This document shows, in pieces, positions 55,665 through 64,000 of a stretch of 64,000 nt of DNA; positions within the stretch are counted from its first letter, which is position 1, and each line of letters starts with the position of its first letter. A program made the translations under genes and the position numbers. Below the pieces are notes generated by a model, which searched no databases, had not been told where the DNA came from, and saw only the letters and a program-made list of their open reading frames with translations. Source of the stretch: Candidatus Thorarchaeota archaeon (GTDB taxonomy: Archaea; Asgardarchaeota; Thorarchaeia; Thorarchaeales; Thorarchaeaceae). The stretch lies in assembly GCA_048884785.1 (NCBI GenBank), contig JBHLQM010000009.1, positions 6,279 through 70,278 of the forward strand, in the 5' to 3' direction.

Positions 55665-57813
55665 AGAACAGAATTGCGCTATAGAGCACCCAAATGACTG
55701 TAATTATTGCTTCTCCAGCAATAATGCCGCTAAGCAATTTCATTACTTTTCGGTATTTCGGCGTTTCAGTTGGATCTTCACCCGATTGAAGCGAATGCTG
55801 CTTCTTTAGGCGATAGTCTATGTACCCACCGAATAGCATGGCGATAGTTGTCGCTGGTGGTATCAAAAGGCCTACCGCAAGACTCATGGGACTTAGTCCA
55901 CGTTTAGTCAATTCACGTCCGGCGAGGAATCCTACCACGGCAAATAGTACCAAGTATAAGAAGGCAAGAATAGGATGGACTCCTGTAAATCGATCCAATC
56001 CTGGGAGCTGAAAATTACTGAGCCCTGTTAGACTTACTACTAGAAAGCCGAATAATTGTGCTGCTGGAGCAGGAAATTCGCTACCACCAAAACCGTATGT
56101 AATGTATAGCATATAGGTAATAAGAGACCCAACAAACGTACCAAGAAGCGCCCCCACAAAGACGGATTTCATCACATCACGCCCCCGGACACCTGTCAAT
56201 GAGCCAAGTTTTAGGTGCACCAGCAAAGCAATCGCAGCATCTTGAAGAGCACCAAGCATTGACATGAATGTTGTAATTGCCTGGAATGTCGTCCTGAATA
56301 GTAGTATTGCTGGTATTGCAACCATATCTGATATGTAGCCTGCCAGCATCCCAGTTTCACTAATCGCTCTAGCTGTGAAATATGCTGATAGAAGAGCTAC
56401 AGGAGCACCAAAGACAAAGAGGATCCAAGAAATATCCAAGTTGGCAAATGGCCTGATTATCGAGAATACAATAATCCCAGTAATCATAAAGAGAAGCATT
56501 GATACCACTGCCACCCAGGGAGGAACCTGCCCTTTTCTTGCTGCGAGATATTCCCTAGGATCTGCAATCATCTCCCGGATTTCTTCCTTTACCACCTCAA
56601 TCGTGAAGAGTTCTTGCTTGACCCGCATTAATCGCGCAATGATTGCATCCTGTGACGAAGTTCTCTCAGTTTTTTCTTCAGCTTCTGTTGAAGTTGCCTT
56701 TGCAGGATTCTCACCTTTCTTACTTGAAAAAACATCTCCGACAATGACAGTCACAAAAATCCCAATTGCCAAGTACAGAATCTCCGGTCGGGTAAGGTGA
56801 TCACCATAGAGAATAGGTGCAGCGCCCTCTAATACAATCCAAATGAATAATGATGCCAAACTTCCAGCAAGCATTATGAGTACCCTCTTCCATCCCACGA
56901 AGAACCCAATTGCTCCAATAAGTGGGGAGTTACTCACTCCAATCCAATCTGGAACCATTGGTGCAATGGCATGTGGAAACGATGAGAGGGTAAGACCCTC
57001 GTTCATAACCTCTGCAACTTTGGTGGTACCAACCCACGCAGCAGATACTGATAATCCTGTAAGAACAGTCACTTTAGATGCCTTATCGGCACCCAAGGAC
57101 TTGATTGTTTCCGCTTGAGGTTTCACTTGAGGCCAAGATTCATGCTCGAACCTGTCCCGAAATGGTGCCATGAGCAGAAGTCCAAAAACAGCACTGATTC
57201 CGGTCACAAATGCAATGAACTGATATGTAATTAGACTTGCAGAAATCTCAGCTGGCGCGAATATAGCTATGGCTGGAAAGGTGATAAGCACTCCAATTGA
57301 AACCATGGATGCACTATTAGCTATGGAAACTACGACTACATTTTCTTGTGGTGTATATTTTCCATTCATACTTAAGAGCAAGAAACCTAATAGCTCAGCC
57401 CCGACAAAATAAACGACGCCCAATTTGAGAGCAAGATAGATCCCCAGAAATGTCATTATTACTCCAACAACTATTCCTGTACCTATCGCCCGCTTAGTAA
57501 GCGGAAATTTCGGTTCACTCATTAGGGCTGCATAAATCGCAAGACCACCTGTTGCCATTACAACTATCTCGGAGAAGGATGTGAGGAGCACTGAAAAAGC
57601 AATGTAGAGGACTGCGGCTACACAAATAAGCCCAAGTCCCTTTTTATCCAGAGGTTTTTGAGTAATTGACCCAATGAGAAGAATAGCCTCAAGTAGGACT
57701 GCAACGAATATCCCATAATCCATTCTCCCCTCCGCAACAACAAGAAGTGCATAGAAAAGGCCTGCTCCAAATAAACCGGCGAGAAGGGCTCTTGTTGACT
57801 CAAGTCGTTTCAT
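55657..57813 (-). CDS. OPT-family oligopeptide transporter-like membrane protein
   Basis: 718 aa with many TM segments. LTKRAIGTGIVVGVIMTFLGIYLALKLG and EFPAPAAQLF resemble OPT signatures. Confidence 0.5.
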   Translation of the reverse strand: MKRLESTRALLAGLFGAGLFYALLVVAEGRMDYGIFVAVLLEAILLIGSITQKPLDKKGLGLICVAAVLYIAFSVLLTSFSEIVVMATGGLAIYAALMSEPKFPLTKRAIGTGIVVGVIMTFLGIYLALKLGVVYFVGAELLGFLLLSMNGKYTPQENVVVVSIANSASMVSIGVLITFPAIAIFAPAEISASLITYQFIAFVTGISAVFGLLLMAPFRDRFEHESWPQVKPQAETIKSLGADKASKVTVLTGLSVSAAWVGTTKVAEVMNEGLTLSSFPHAIAPMVPDWIGVSNSPLIGAIGFFVGWKRVLIMLAGSLASLFIWIVLEGAAPILYGDHLTRPEILYLAIGIFVTVIVGDVFSSKKGENPAKATSTEAEEKTERTSSQDAIIARLMRVKQELFTIEVVKEEIREMIADPREYLAARKGQVPPWVAVVSMLLFMITGIIVFSIIRPFANLDISWILFVFGAPVALLSAYFTARAISETGMLAGYISDMVAIPAILLFRTTFQAITTFMSMLGALQDAAIALLVHLKLGSLTGVRGRDVMKSVFVGALLGTFVGSLITYMLYITYGFGGSEFPAPAAQLFGFLVVSLTGLSNFQLPGLDRFTGVHPILAFLYLVLFAVVGFLAGRELTKRGLSPMSLAVGLLIPPATTIAMLFGGYIDYRLKKQHSLQSGEDPTETPKYRKVMKLLSGIIAGEAIITVIWVLYSAILFFS

Positions 57814-57904
57814 TCATCAGGCCTCGAGGTAATCGTTTTTCAGAACAATGAGATTAGATATGCTACCTAATTGAAGGAATACGCCGCTGAAGTGATACAG
57901 ATAT

Positions 57905-58252
57905 TTAGCGTTTGTGCAGCATCGAAATCATTTGAAAAAGACTGGCGGCATCAATACCCCATATCCGAAGTATTTTTTCCCTAGATTTTAGGCCGGAAAT
58001 GATTGCTATATTACTAGTCGAAGTATTGAGTGCTTTTGCCAATCTCTTTACAAGCTCTGTATTCGCCCTACCTTCTCTTGCAGGTCCTTTCAAATTCACC
58101 ACTAGTAGTGACTCAGAAAACTCTGCTATCAGATCACGGTCTGTGGCATTTGGCTTAACCTGAACTCTAAGGAATGTGCCTTTCTCATTCTCCCAGACTA
58201 CATTTTCGTCCATTTTGCATGACACCTGAGCTTTGTCATATAATAGTTCCAA
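57905..58252 (-). CDS. DUF167 (YggU-like) protein
   Basis: VQVKPNA ... LVVNLKGPAREGRANTELVKRLAKAL ... IISGLKSREKILRI. Confidence 0.7.
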   Translation of the reverse strand: MELLYDKAQVSCKMDENVVWENEKGTFLRVQVKPNATDRDLIAEFSESLLVVNLKGPAREGRANTELVKRLAKALNTSTSNIAIISGLKSREKILRIWGIDAASLFQMISMLHKR

Positions 58253-58329
58253 TCACGATTTCTTTTTATGGAGTGCTTGCAGCTATCTCGTGAATAACCG
58301 TGTGATAAACCCACGGGGTGAAAATAATA

Positions 58330-58710
58330 ATGTCTGATCCTGTAATGGACGCATATACACAAGCATACAATTCCTCTGGACAAATGATACAGGCGTTTGG
58401 AGTGATTCGGTCTGATGGTGCAGTATTATGGCAGAGTAATAATTGGTCACTTGAAGCAGATGCAAGGAGCCTTGTTGCTGCCGTTACGAGTCGAGCTGCC
58501 AGTGTGACTCAAAATCAGGTCAAATATAGCACAATGCGAACGAGTCCCGAAAGCCTAGTGGCTCGAAGTGTTCAGGGCAATGGTATTCTGGTCCTCGCGA
58601 AGATTGACAATGACAAGTGGGTAGTTGCCTGGGCATCACCTGATGCTGCGCCAGATGGTGTTTATGTTGATGTTGATCGGGCCGCGAAGGCCTTAAAGGG
58701 AAGAATTTAG
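58330..58710 (+). CDS. profilin-like protein 1
   Basis: 126 aa. AFGVIRSDGAVLWQS.NW.L ... VKYSTMR ... LVAR...GNGILVLAKIDNDKWVVAW ... VDRAAKALK follows the profilin fold pattern. GGGGTGA lies 8 nt upstream of the ATG. Confidence 0.65.
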   Translation: MSDPVMDAYTQAYNSSGQMIQAFGVIRSDGAVLWQSNNWSLEADARSLVAAVTSRAASVTQNQVKYSTMRTSPESLVARSVQGNGILVLAKIDNDKWVVAWASPDAAPDGVYVDVDRAAKALKGRI

Positions 58711-58815
58711 AACAAAAAGATAGACTGGGGGAAGACTGCAAGAGTTTCCCCCCTTCTACTGCATCAAACGAAAGGGGAGTTTCCAAACCGCAAGATAGTT
58801 AGGTGATATTCAACC

Positions 58816-59181
58816 GTGTCAATCTCTGAAATCTGGGCAAACCTTTACTCCCACAATCCGAAGATACAGGCTTTTGCGGTTTCACAGGATGGGGAAATAG
58901 TCTGGCAAACTGACAATTGGAATCTTGTTGACACTGTAGGGGAATTGTTTGCAGCCTATGATAGAGGCGCTTCAGAAGTAAGAATTGCAAAAGTATCCTA
59001 CACCATAATGAGTGCTACTGATGAGTCGCTTGTGGCATCATCCAAAGACAAGAAGGGCCATTTTCTTATGACCAAGGCAGACAAAACAGTATGGTTTCTG
59101 GCTTGGATAACGCACGATTCTGTTCCTGAGCTTACATTAGTAGATTTGAAATATGCAGCAACTCAGCTTGCACACATATAG
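58816..59181 (+). CDS. profilin-like protein 2 (tandem paralog)
   Basis: 121 aa. EIWANLY N-terminus, AFAVSQDGEIVWQTDNWNL ... VSYTIMS ... LVASSKDKKGHFLMTKADKTVWFLAW ... YAATQLAHI. GTG start with AGGTGA upstream. Confidence 0.6.
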   Translation: MSISEIWANLYSHNPKIQAFAVSQDGEIVWQTDNWNLVDTVGELFAAYDRGASEVRIAKVSYTIMSATDESLVASSKDKKGHFLMTKADKTVWFLAWITHDSVPELTLVDLKYAATQLAHI

Positions 59182-59207
59182 GAGGCAAACTCAGACTTTG
59201 CCCCAGA

Positions 59208-59222
59208 TTTTTCCGGTTTTTT
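59208..59222 (+). terminator. oligo-T tract (T5 ... T6) downstream of profilin 2
   Basis: TTTTTCCGGTTTTTT lies 27 nt after the stop. Archaeal terminators are oligo-T runs. Confidence 0.35.
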
Positions 59223-59307
59223 GATTTGATATCGCAGAAGAAAGCCCTCTCGTAAAGAATAAGAGTGACCATGCCCCTCAACAATAGTACAGGAGAGGCA
59301 TTCAATC

Positions 59308-59541
59308 GTGAGTATTCTTGCTTTCATTCTACTGAACGTGGAAATGGCATTTCAACGAGAAACTCTTGAAAAAGTCAGGGCTCTTGATGAAGTGATAGAG
59401 GCCCACCTAATCTTTGGAACTTACGATATTATAGTAAAGGCAGAATTCCCCACAAACCAAGAACTAAGCCTATTCGTGGTTGACAGGCTTAAGACGCTGC
59501 CAGGAGTTGGGGAAACACAGACGAATATCTGCTCGGATTAG
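59308..59541 (+). CDS. stand-alone Lrp/AsnC-type ligand-binding (RAM) domain protein
   Basis: 77 aa. AFILLNVE ... V.AL.EVIEAHLIFGTYDIIVKAEF ... L..FV...L..LPGV..TQT.I. Confidence 0.65.
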   Translation: MSILAFILLNVEMAFQRETLEKVRALDEVIEAHLIFGTYDIIVKAEFPTNQELSLFVVDRLKTLPGVGETQTNICSD

Positions 59542-59606
59542 TATCCATTTCGTTTCTTGTTTCTAATAGAAGATGTGCTTTCTTTCAGAGAGTCAGATAG
59601 AAACTG

Positions 59607-60407
59607 CTACTTGCTTTTGAAGAGCAAATCTCTCATTCGTTTGTGAAGATCTATATACTCTGGTGAGGCCATAGCATGCATTGTCACAAGAAACTCGAAC
59701 ATATCCAGAACTTCTTTATCTGCAACATCGCTACGAATCATCTTTGCGACTTCTCCACGACCAGTAACTTCTTTCTTATAGGCCTCCACGCGGAGTTTGA
59801 CTATCTCATCTTTCTCTTTCTCCGTCAATTGAATATCAAAAGTCTTCATGAGCTTGTCGAGGTAATCAGTGCTCTTCTTGAATAGCATCTTCTCATCTGC
59901 GCCCAACATGCTAGTTACGAGGACAAAACCTTTGGCTGTTCTTCTATAATAGTGGGTTTCTCGCTTTCCTGTAATCACCTTTCCAAGTTCAATAATGTAC
60001 CCTGCTTCCATAAGTTTCGGTAGATGGTGATATACTTGATTTTTGGTGATTTCCTCTACGTCCTTATGCTCCTTTGACATCTTTACAATTTCAACAACAG
60101 AGAGAGCATTTCGCTTGACTTCACGTTGGCGAATAATAGTGTCACCGGTTTCCTTATCCTTGGTCTTCGTGGTCTTAGTGTCTTCAACACCTCTTCGTAG
60201 AATCTGAAGGATCGTCAGTCTTGCTGTGTCGTCGAGTTCTTTGGCTCGCTGCTCATCAGACACGAATTCGAATTCCACAACTGGTTTCTTTGCTTCTGGA
60301 GTCAGTATGATGCCGTCCAGAGTATCTGTGATTTCGTCAGTCATTGTATCACCCTTGTATTCAGAATATACCCATGATTGCTCTGTGCAAATCTTCCTTA
60401 ACGCCAA
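59607..60407 (-). CDS. winged-helix (ArsR-like) transcriptional regulator with an acidic N-terminus and a helical C-terminal domain
   Basis: RLTILQILR ... LSVVEIVKMS ... ITKNQVYHHLPKLMEAGYI wHTH pattern. Divergent from the micro-ORF operon. Confidence 0.55.
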   Translation of the reverse strand: MALRKICTEQSWVYSEYKGDTMTDEITDTLDGIILTPEAKKPVVEFEFVSDEQRAKELDDTARLTILQILRRGVEDTKTTKTKDKETGDTIIRQREVKRNALSVVEIVKMSKEHKDVEEITKNQVYHHLPKLMEAGYIIELGKVITGKRETHYYRRTAKGFVLVTSMLGADEKMLFKKSTDYLDKLMKTFDIQLTEKEKDEIVKLRVEAYKKEVTGRGEVAKMIRSDVADKEVLDMFEFLVTMHAMASPEYIDLHKRMRDLLFKSK

Positions 60408-60506
60408 TATAAGGTTTTTTGTGCAACCTATTTATAGACATATGGACTAATCATAATTATATTGGAATAAAAACAATTGCCATACAAATGGTTTAATTAC
60501 CAAACC

Positions 60507-60513
60507 TTTATAT
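60507..60513 (+). promoter_or_regulatory. TATA-box-like element (TTTATAT) about 35 nt upstream of micro-ORF 1
   Basis: AT-rich consensus-like box in the divergent intergenic region. The spacing fits a very short 5' UTR. Confidence 0.3.
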
Positions 60514-60546
60514 GCAAATAAGTTTACTACAAACACGTGAATAATC

Positions 60547-60654
60547 ATGGCGATAGAACACAACTCACGAACAGCAAATGAGATGAAGAACAAGAAGACA
60601 GTCCGTGGTGTTTCCACCGAGGCTATCCGATTCGCGTACACTTACTGGAGGTAA
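60547..60654 (+). CDS. micro-ORF 1 (35 aa): MAIEHNSRTANEMKNKKTVRGVSTEAIRFAYTYWR
   Basis: Manual translation. Shares RTANE with micro-ORF 3 and NKK...ST.AI....Y.R with micro-ORF 2, in both cases through synonymous codons. Confidence 0.45.
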   Translation: MAIEHNSRTANEMKNKKTVRGVSTEAIRFAYTYWR

Positions 60655-60659
60655 CCGTT

Positions 60660-60746
60660 GTGGCGCTTGCAAAAAAGAACCAGAACAAGAAGCCAACCAA
60701 ACGGATTTCAACAAGGGCTATTCAGCATTCATTTCTCTACAGGTAG
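60660..60746 (+). CDS. micro-ORF 2 (28 aa, GTG start): (M)ALAKKNQNKKPTKRISTRAIQHSFLYR
   Basis: GGAGGT lies 6 nt upstream, inside the end of micro-ORF 1. C-terminal motif is shared with micro-ORF 1. Confidence 0.4.
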   Translation: MALAKKNQNKKPTKRISTRAIQHSFLYR

Positions 60747-60752
60747 ATCGAT

Positions 60753-60866
60753 ATGAACCCCGATAGAACGGCTAATGAATCAAGAAGCCCATACGACTCA
60801 ACCTCGAAGGTGTCTAGAGGTCCTGAAATTTCAGTTGAAGAGGTGCTTATGTTAGAGGCGACATAA
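60753..60866 (+). CDS. micro-ORF 3 (37 aa): MNPDRTANESRSPYDSTSKVSRGPEISVEEVLMLEAT
   Basis: In frame with micro-ORF 2 and separated from it by TAG plus 2 codons. Followed by an oligo-T tract. Confidence 0.4.
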   Translation: MNPDRTANESRSPYDSTSKVSRGPEISVEEVLMLEAT

Positions 60867-60880
60867 GCCCCTCTTTTTTG
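60867..60880 (+). terminator. oligo-T tract (GCCCCTCTTTTTTG) directly after micro-ORF 3
   Basis: T6 run at 60874-60879, immediately downstream of the stop codon. Confidence 0.35.
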
Positions 60881-60907
60881 TTGGCATGAGTTCTGTATAT
60901 TCCATTT

Positions 60908-61717
60908 CTATTTTCTGAAGACAATCTGATAGAATGTGTCATTCATTATGTGTGTTACTTCAACATCAACAGCCTTCTCTGGGATATGTTCCAAGGGTGG
61001 TTTGGCTGCAAACAAGCTATTTGCTTCCATTATGGCTTTTCCCTCATCAGTTTCTCGTTTTCTTAGAGAAAGCCCTTCATCAATCACTATGACGAACCCT
61101 CCCTTGCGAACGATTCGAAGTATCTCATTGAACGCCCTCGGGATATCTGAGAATGTGTTGATTCCACCGCTGTGAATGGCAATGTCAAAGACATCATCGC
61201 AGTATGGAATGTTGAATACACTTCCATGAACTAGGTTTAGGTCAAGTTTCCGTTCCTTTGCTTTCCTTTGGGAAACCATGAGCATTCCCCTAGACAAATC
61301 GAGACCGTGTAAATCGAATCTGCCCATTTTGCCATCGAATACGTTTGAGATTGCCATGAAATTGGCGGCTGTTCCAACACTCACATCGATGATCTTTGCT
61401 GGGCCCTCTATAGGAATGAATTGAGCAAGCCTTTCACGTTCTTTCATTGCGTTTATCCTTAGCCAGTCATCATATTGCTTCACCAATTCATCATAGTTCT
61501 CAGCCATTTCGTCATACTCCGCAATCCACTTTCGATCCTCATCGGTGATTTCCGGATGTACTAGTGACACAATGCCATCATTGATTTTCCACGAATGCCC
61601 CTTTTCGCAGGTCAGCATTCCCTCTTCAATTTCGGCCTTTTGTGAAAAGACCTCTGATATTCGAAGAGACTTAAAGCACCGTGGGCATCTTATTGATTTT
61701 AAGAGAGGTTCCTGCAA
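60908..61717 (-). CDS. class I SAM-dependent methyltransferase with an N-terminal Trm112-like zinc ribbon
   Basis: CPRCFKSL ... LTCEKGHSWKINDGIVSLV, then a DVSVGTA SAM motif and the Methyltransf_11-like FDIAIHSGG. Confidence 0.65.
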   Translation of the reverse strand: MQEPLLKSIRCPRCFKSLRISEVFSQKAEIEEGMLTCEKGHSWKINDGIVSLVHPEITDEDRKWIAEYDEMAENYDELVKQYDDWLRINAMKERERLAQFIPIEGPAKIIDVSVGTAANFMAISNVFDGKMGRFDLHGLDLSRGMLMVSQRKAKERKLDLNLVHGSVFNIPYCDDVFDIAIHSGGINTFSDIPRAFNEILRIVRKGGFVIVIDEGLSLRKRETDEGKAIMEANSLFAAKPPLEHIPEKAVDVEVTHIMNDTFYQIVFRK

Positions 61718-61889
61718 TTAATCACGCTCTTCGATATCATAACCATGGACAATATGAATGAATCGCCACGCCCTAGGATAACATATCCTACTAGACCTAC
61801 ATCCCCGGCATGTCTTGAATTGGTGCTCTAATAGTATAAAACACAGTCTTAATGATTTGCCATTGAATCATCATGGGGGTATTCATCGC

Positions 61890-62786
61890 CTACCCTTTTG
61901 CGGGCGATCCGATTGCGTACTGCATATCCGAGAATTTGGGTGTTGCTGATTGAAACCGGACCATACGCACGGAGTGTGATGTCTGCTCAAATCCGAGCTG
62001 CTGTAGCATTTTCACAGCAGGTCTGTTACTCTCCAAAACACCTAGCATCAATGGAGAGTCTTTTCTGCTTGCAGCAATTGCACCCAGTAGACTCTCTGAG
62101 TGTTCATTGGGATTTGACACAATCCAAGGTGCAACTCTGATACCATTTGGTCGATCACTTGCCATAATAAAACCCTGAATCTCATCCTTCTCTACTTGGA
62201 CATAACAGAGGTCGATGCATTCGCTAAGGCGGTATGCCAAAAAATGAGACCGATTTGCTCCAAAGGCTTTCCTGTCGAGATTTAGCACCTCCTTCAAATC
62301 GCCATTCTGTATAACTCGAGTATTGCTATTTTCTACATGACGCGGAGTTCCTCTCATCCGAAGAGAGTTACAGACTGGGTGAAATCCCAGGCTTTTGTAC
62401 ATGGGCACAGCCTCTACAACTGCATCAAGCATTATCTGATGTACGCCGAGTATATCTAAATACTCAATTGCATGCTTCAGCAGGGTGCCTCCAAAACCTC
62501 TCCTACGATATTCTTCTAGGACTATAAGGCTACCAATGAAACCCATTTTTTCGTAAGCAACAGAGCTGACCATTCCTACTCTCTTACCTTCGTCCTCCAG
62601 CACAAACGCAGCTGGCGGCGAATATGAAATCAACATCTTGAAATCACTGGGAATATCAGTCCAGCCTTCCTTTGAAGTTAGTTTGAGAGCAAAGTCAATA
62701 TCATTTTGCTGCATTGAACGAATGCGCATAAGTGTGCACCTTGGGGTGACTAAACCCATCAGCGATTCCCTTTTCACTTTACACAT
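61890..62786 (-). CDS. GNAT family N-acetyltransferase (two-domain)
   Basis: LIVLEEYRRRGFGGTLLKHAIEYL and YKSLGF. The start overlaps the upstream wHTH gene by 8 nt. Confidence 0.7.
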   Translation of the reverse strand: MCKVKRESLMGLVTPRCTLMRIRSMQQNDIDFALKLTSKEGWTDIPSDFKMLISYSPPAAFVLEDEGKRVGMVSSVAYEKMGFIGSLIVLEEYRRRGFGGTLLKHAIEYLDILGVHQIMLDAVVEAVPMYKSLGFHPVCNSLRMRGTPRHVENSNTRVIQNGDLKEVLNLDRKAFGANRSHFLAYRLSECIDLCYVQVEKDEIQGFIMASDRPNGIRVAPWIVSNPNEHSESLLGAIAASRKDSPLMLGVLESNRPAVKMLQQLGFEQTSHSVRMVRFQSATPKFSDMQYAIGSPAKG

Positions 62787-63081
62787 CTGGGTAAGACCCT
62801 AGGTGCCGTTTCAGTATGTCGTCAATATCGTATAGCCTGTCTGCAATAGCTTGCCCAACTTCAGTGAGTGAGAGGTAAGGGCTTCCTTGATCTCCTTTGA
62901 GTCGATATGCAAGTCCCAACGTCACCAATCTCTCAACGATATGTGCGAGAGTAGTCTCAGGGTCTTCTACTAGATCTCTGATAGAATCTATTAGGTCACG
63001 CTCAAACTTGTCGCCCCATTTTAAGCTAAATAGCACTCTTCTAACTGGGGGTGAGGTAAGGTATTCTATGTTCATCGCCAC
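62779..63081 (-). CDS. small winged-helix-like DNA-binding protein (putative)
   Basis: 100 aa. LAHIVERLVTLGLAYRLKGDQGSPYLSLTEVG resembles a wHTH recognition helix plus wing. Confidence 0.35.
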   Translation of the reverse strand: MAMNIEYLTSPPVRRVLFSLKWGDKFERDLIDSIRDLVEDPETTLAHIVERLVTLGLAYRLKGDQGSPYLSLTEVGQAIADRLYDIDDILKRHLGSYPDV

Positions 63082-63195
63082 TGAATTACGAAGTTCATGT
63101 ACATATGAATTAGTCGAAGCTTTCCAGACATCCTATTATACTGGTTTTGATTTTAGTTATGAGACCATTTTGTAATAAAAGAAGGAGTGAGAGAA

Positions 63196-64000
63196 ATGGC
63201 CGTGGATGATGAATTCAAAGATACAACACAACCTACGAATCAAGATGGAGACACAGAGCCTATGCGATGGCTATATGTCTTCGTGATTGGTTTGGGATTC
63301 TTCACAACAGGAGTAAGCTGGAGCGTATATAATTCATATTTACCCGCTGACTTCCTGCCTACTTTCATTGGAGGGTCACTTCAGAATACCATCATAGGAC
63401 TAATCATGGTTCTAGACAATATCGTCGCTCTATTCCTGCAACCCTACATTGGGGCTAGGTCGGATGCCAAGAGGTCGCGATTTGGTCGACGAATGCCATA
63501 CATCTTGATTGGGACGCCTACTGCAGCAGTATTCTTCGCATTGATTGCAATAGGCTGGGCTGCTTTCAACTTCTGGCTAATGTTCCTCTTTCTGACAATA
63601 TTCAATGTTGCAATGGCCTATTATCGCGCCCCTGTAGTTGCACTAATGCCAGATGTTGTGCCTTCTAAGCTTAGAAGCAAGGCCAATGGAGTGATCAATC
63701 TCATGGGCGGCGTTGGAGCAATCTATGCATTTGCCATAGCCTCACAGATCTACAAGATTCAGGATCCTGGTCTTGCTGCAATGTTTGGAATCACACCCAC
63801 CCAAGTTGGGCCAATTCTAGCATTTCTCACAACAAGTGTAATCATGGTTGTAGCAACAATAATTCTCTATTTAGTCGTTAAAGAACCTGAAGTTCCGCCT
63901 GTTGATCCTGACAAACCAAAAGAGATCGGAATTGTTCAGGCTATTCGACAGGTATCCTTTTCGACAGATAGGTCTGCCATAGGATTATTATTTGCTATCC
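63196..64000 (+). CDS. MFS/GPH-family transporter (N-terminal part; continues past the window end)
   Basis: AAGGAGTGA upstream of the ATG. TM-rich, with the loop motif GARSDAKRSRFGRRMPYILIG typical of GPH/SLC45-type carriers. Open to the end of the window. Confidence 0.65.
   Translation, partial: MAVDDEFKDTTQPTNQDGDTEPMRWLYVFVIGLGFFTTGVSWSVYNSYLPADFLPTFIGGSLQNTIIGLIMVLDNIVALFLQPYIGARSDAKRSRFGRRMPYILIGTPTAAVFFALIAIGWAAFNFWLMFLFLTIFNVAMAYYRAPVVALMPDVVPSKLRSKANGVINLMGGVGAIYAFAIASQIYKIQDPGLAAMFGITPTQVGPILAFLTTSVIMVVATIILYLVVKEPEVPPVDPDKPKEIGIVQAIRQVSFSTDRSAIGLLFAI

Noticed and set aside
60447-60641. 64-aa - strand ORF in the wHTH / micro-ORF intergenic region
   Set aside because: It is a hydrophobic, low-information translation that overlaps the putative promoter and micro-ORF 1. 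The + strand micro-ORFs have paralog support and this ORF has none.

Overview
Gene-dense archaeal chromosomal window. Evidence: r-proteins L37e, L21e, L38e and L40e, an Sm protein, Rpo4/RpoF, Alba, aCPSF1/aCPSF2, Pus10, Pth2, proteasome beta, and an intron-containing tRNA. Two tandem profilin-like genes (58.3-59.2 kb) point to an Asgard-type archaeon. About two thirds is conserved information-processing and central-metabolism genes: the L21e-RpoF-DUF655-KsgA-HemK block, Sm-L37e, sucCD, and an AOR plus ferredoxin pair. The parts that stand out:
(1) A six-gene, translationally coupled cluster (42.9-54.7 kb): a 2060-aa transglutaminase-like surface protein with about 14 beta-sandwich repeats, then DUF4129-like, DUF4350-like, MoxR AAA+, DUF58 and a polytopic membrane protein with a highly charged tail.
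(2) The tandem profilin paralogs.
(3) Three unannotated tandem micro-ORFs (60.55-60.87 kb) whose shared peptide motifs are written with synonymous codon differences.
(4) A Hel308/Ski2-like protein with degenerate ATPase motifs plus a SWIM zinc finger.
(5) tRNA-3'-half-like repeat fragments at 0.1, 0.9 and 5.4 kb.
(6) A tRNA-Val with a 32-nt intron in the T-arm.
No CRISPR array, rRNA gene, transposase or integrase was seen. All functional calls come from reading motifs in the supplied translations by eye. No database search was run, so family names are hypotheses to confirm with HMM searches.
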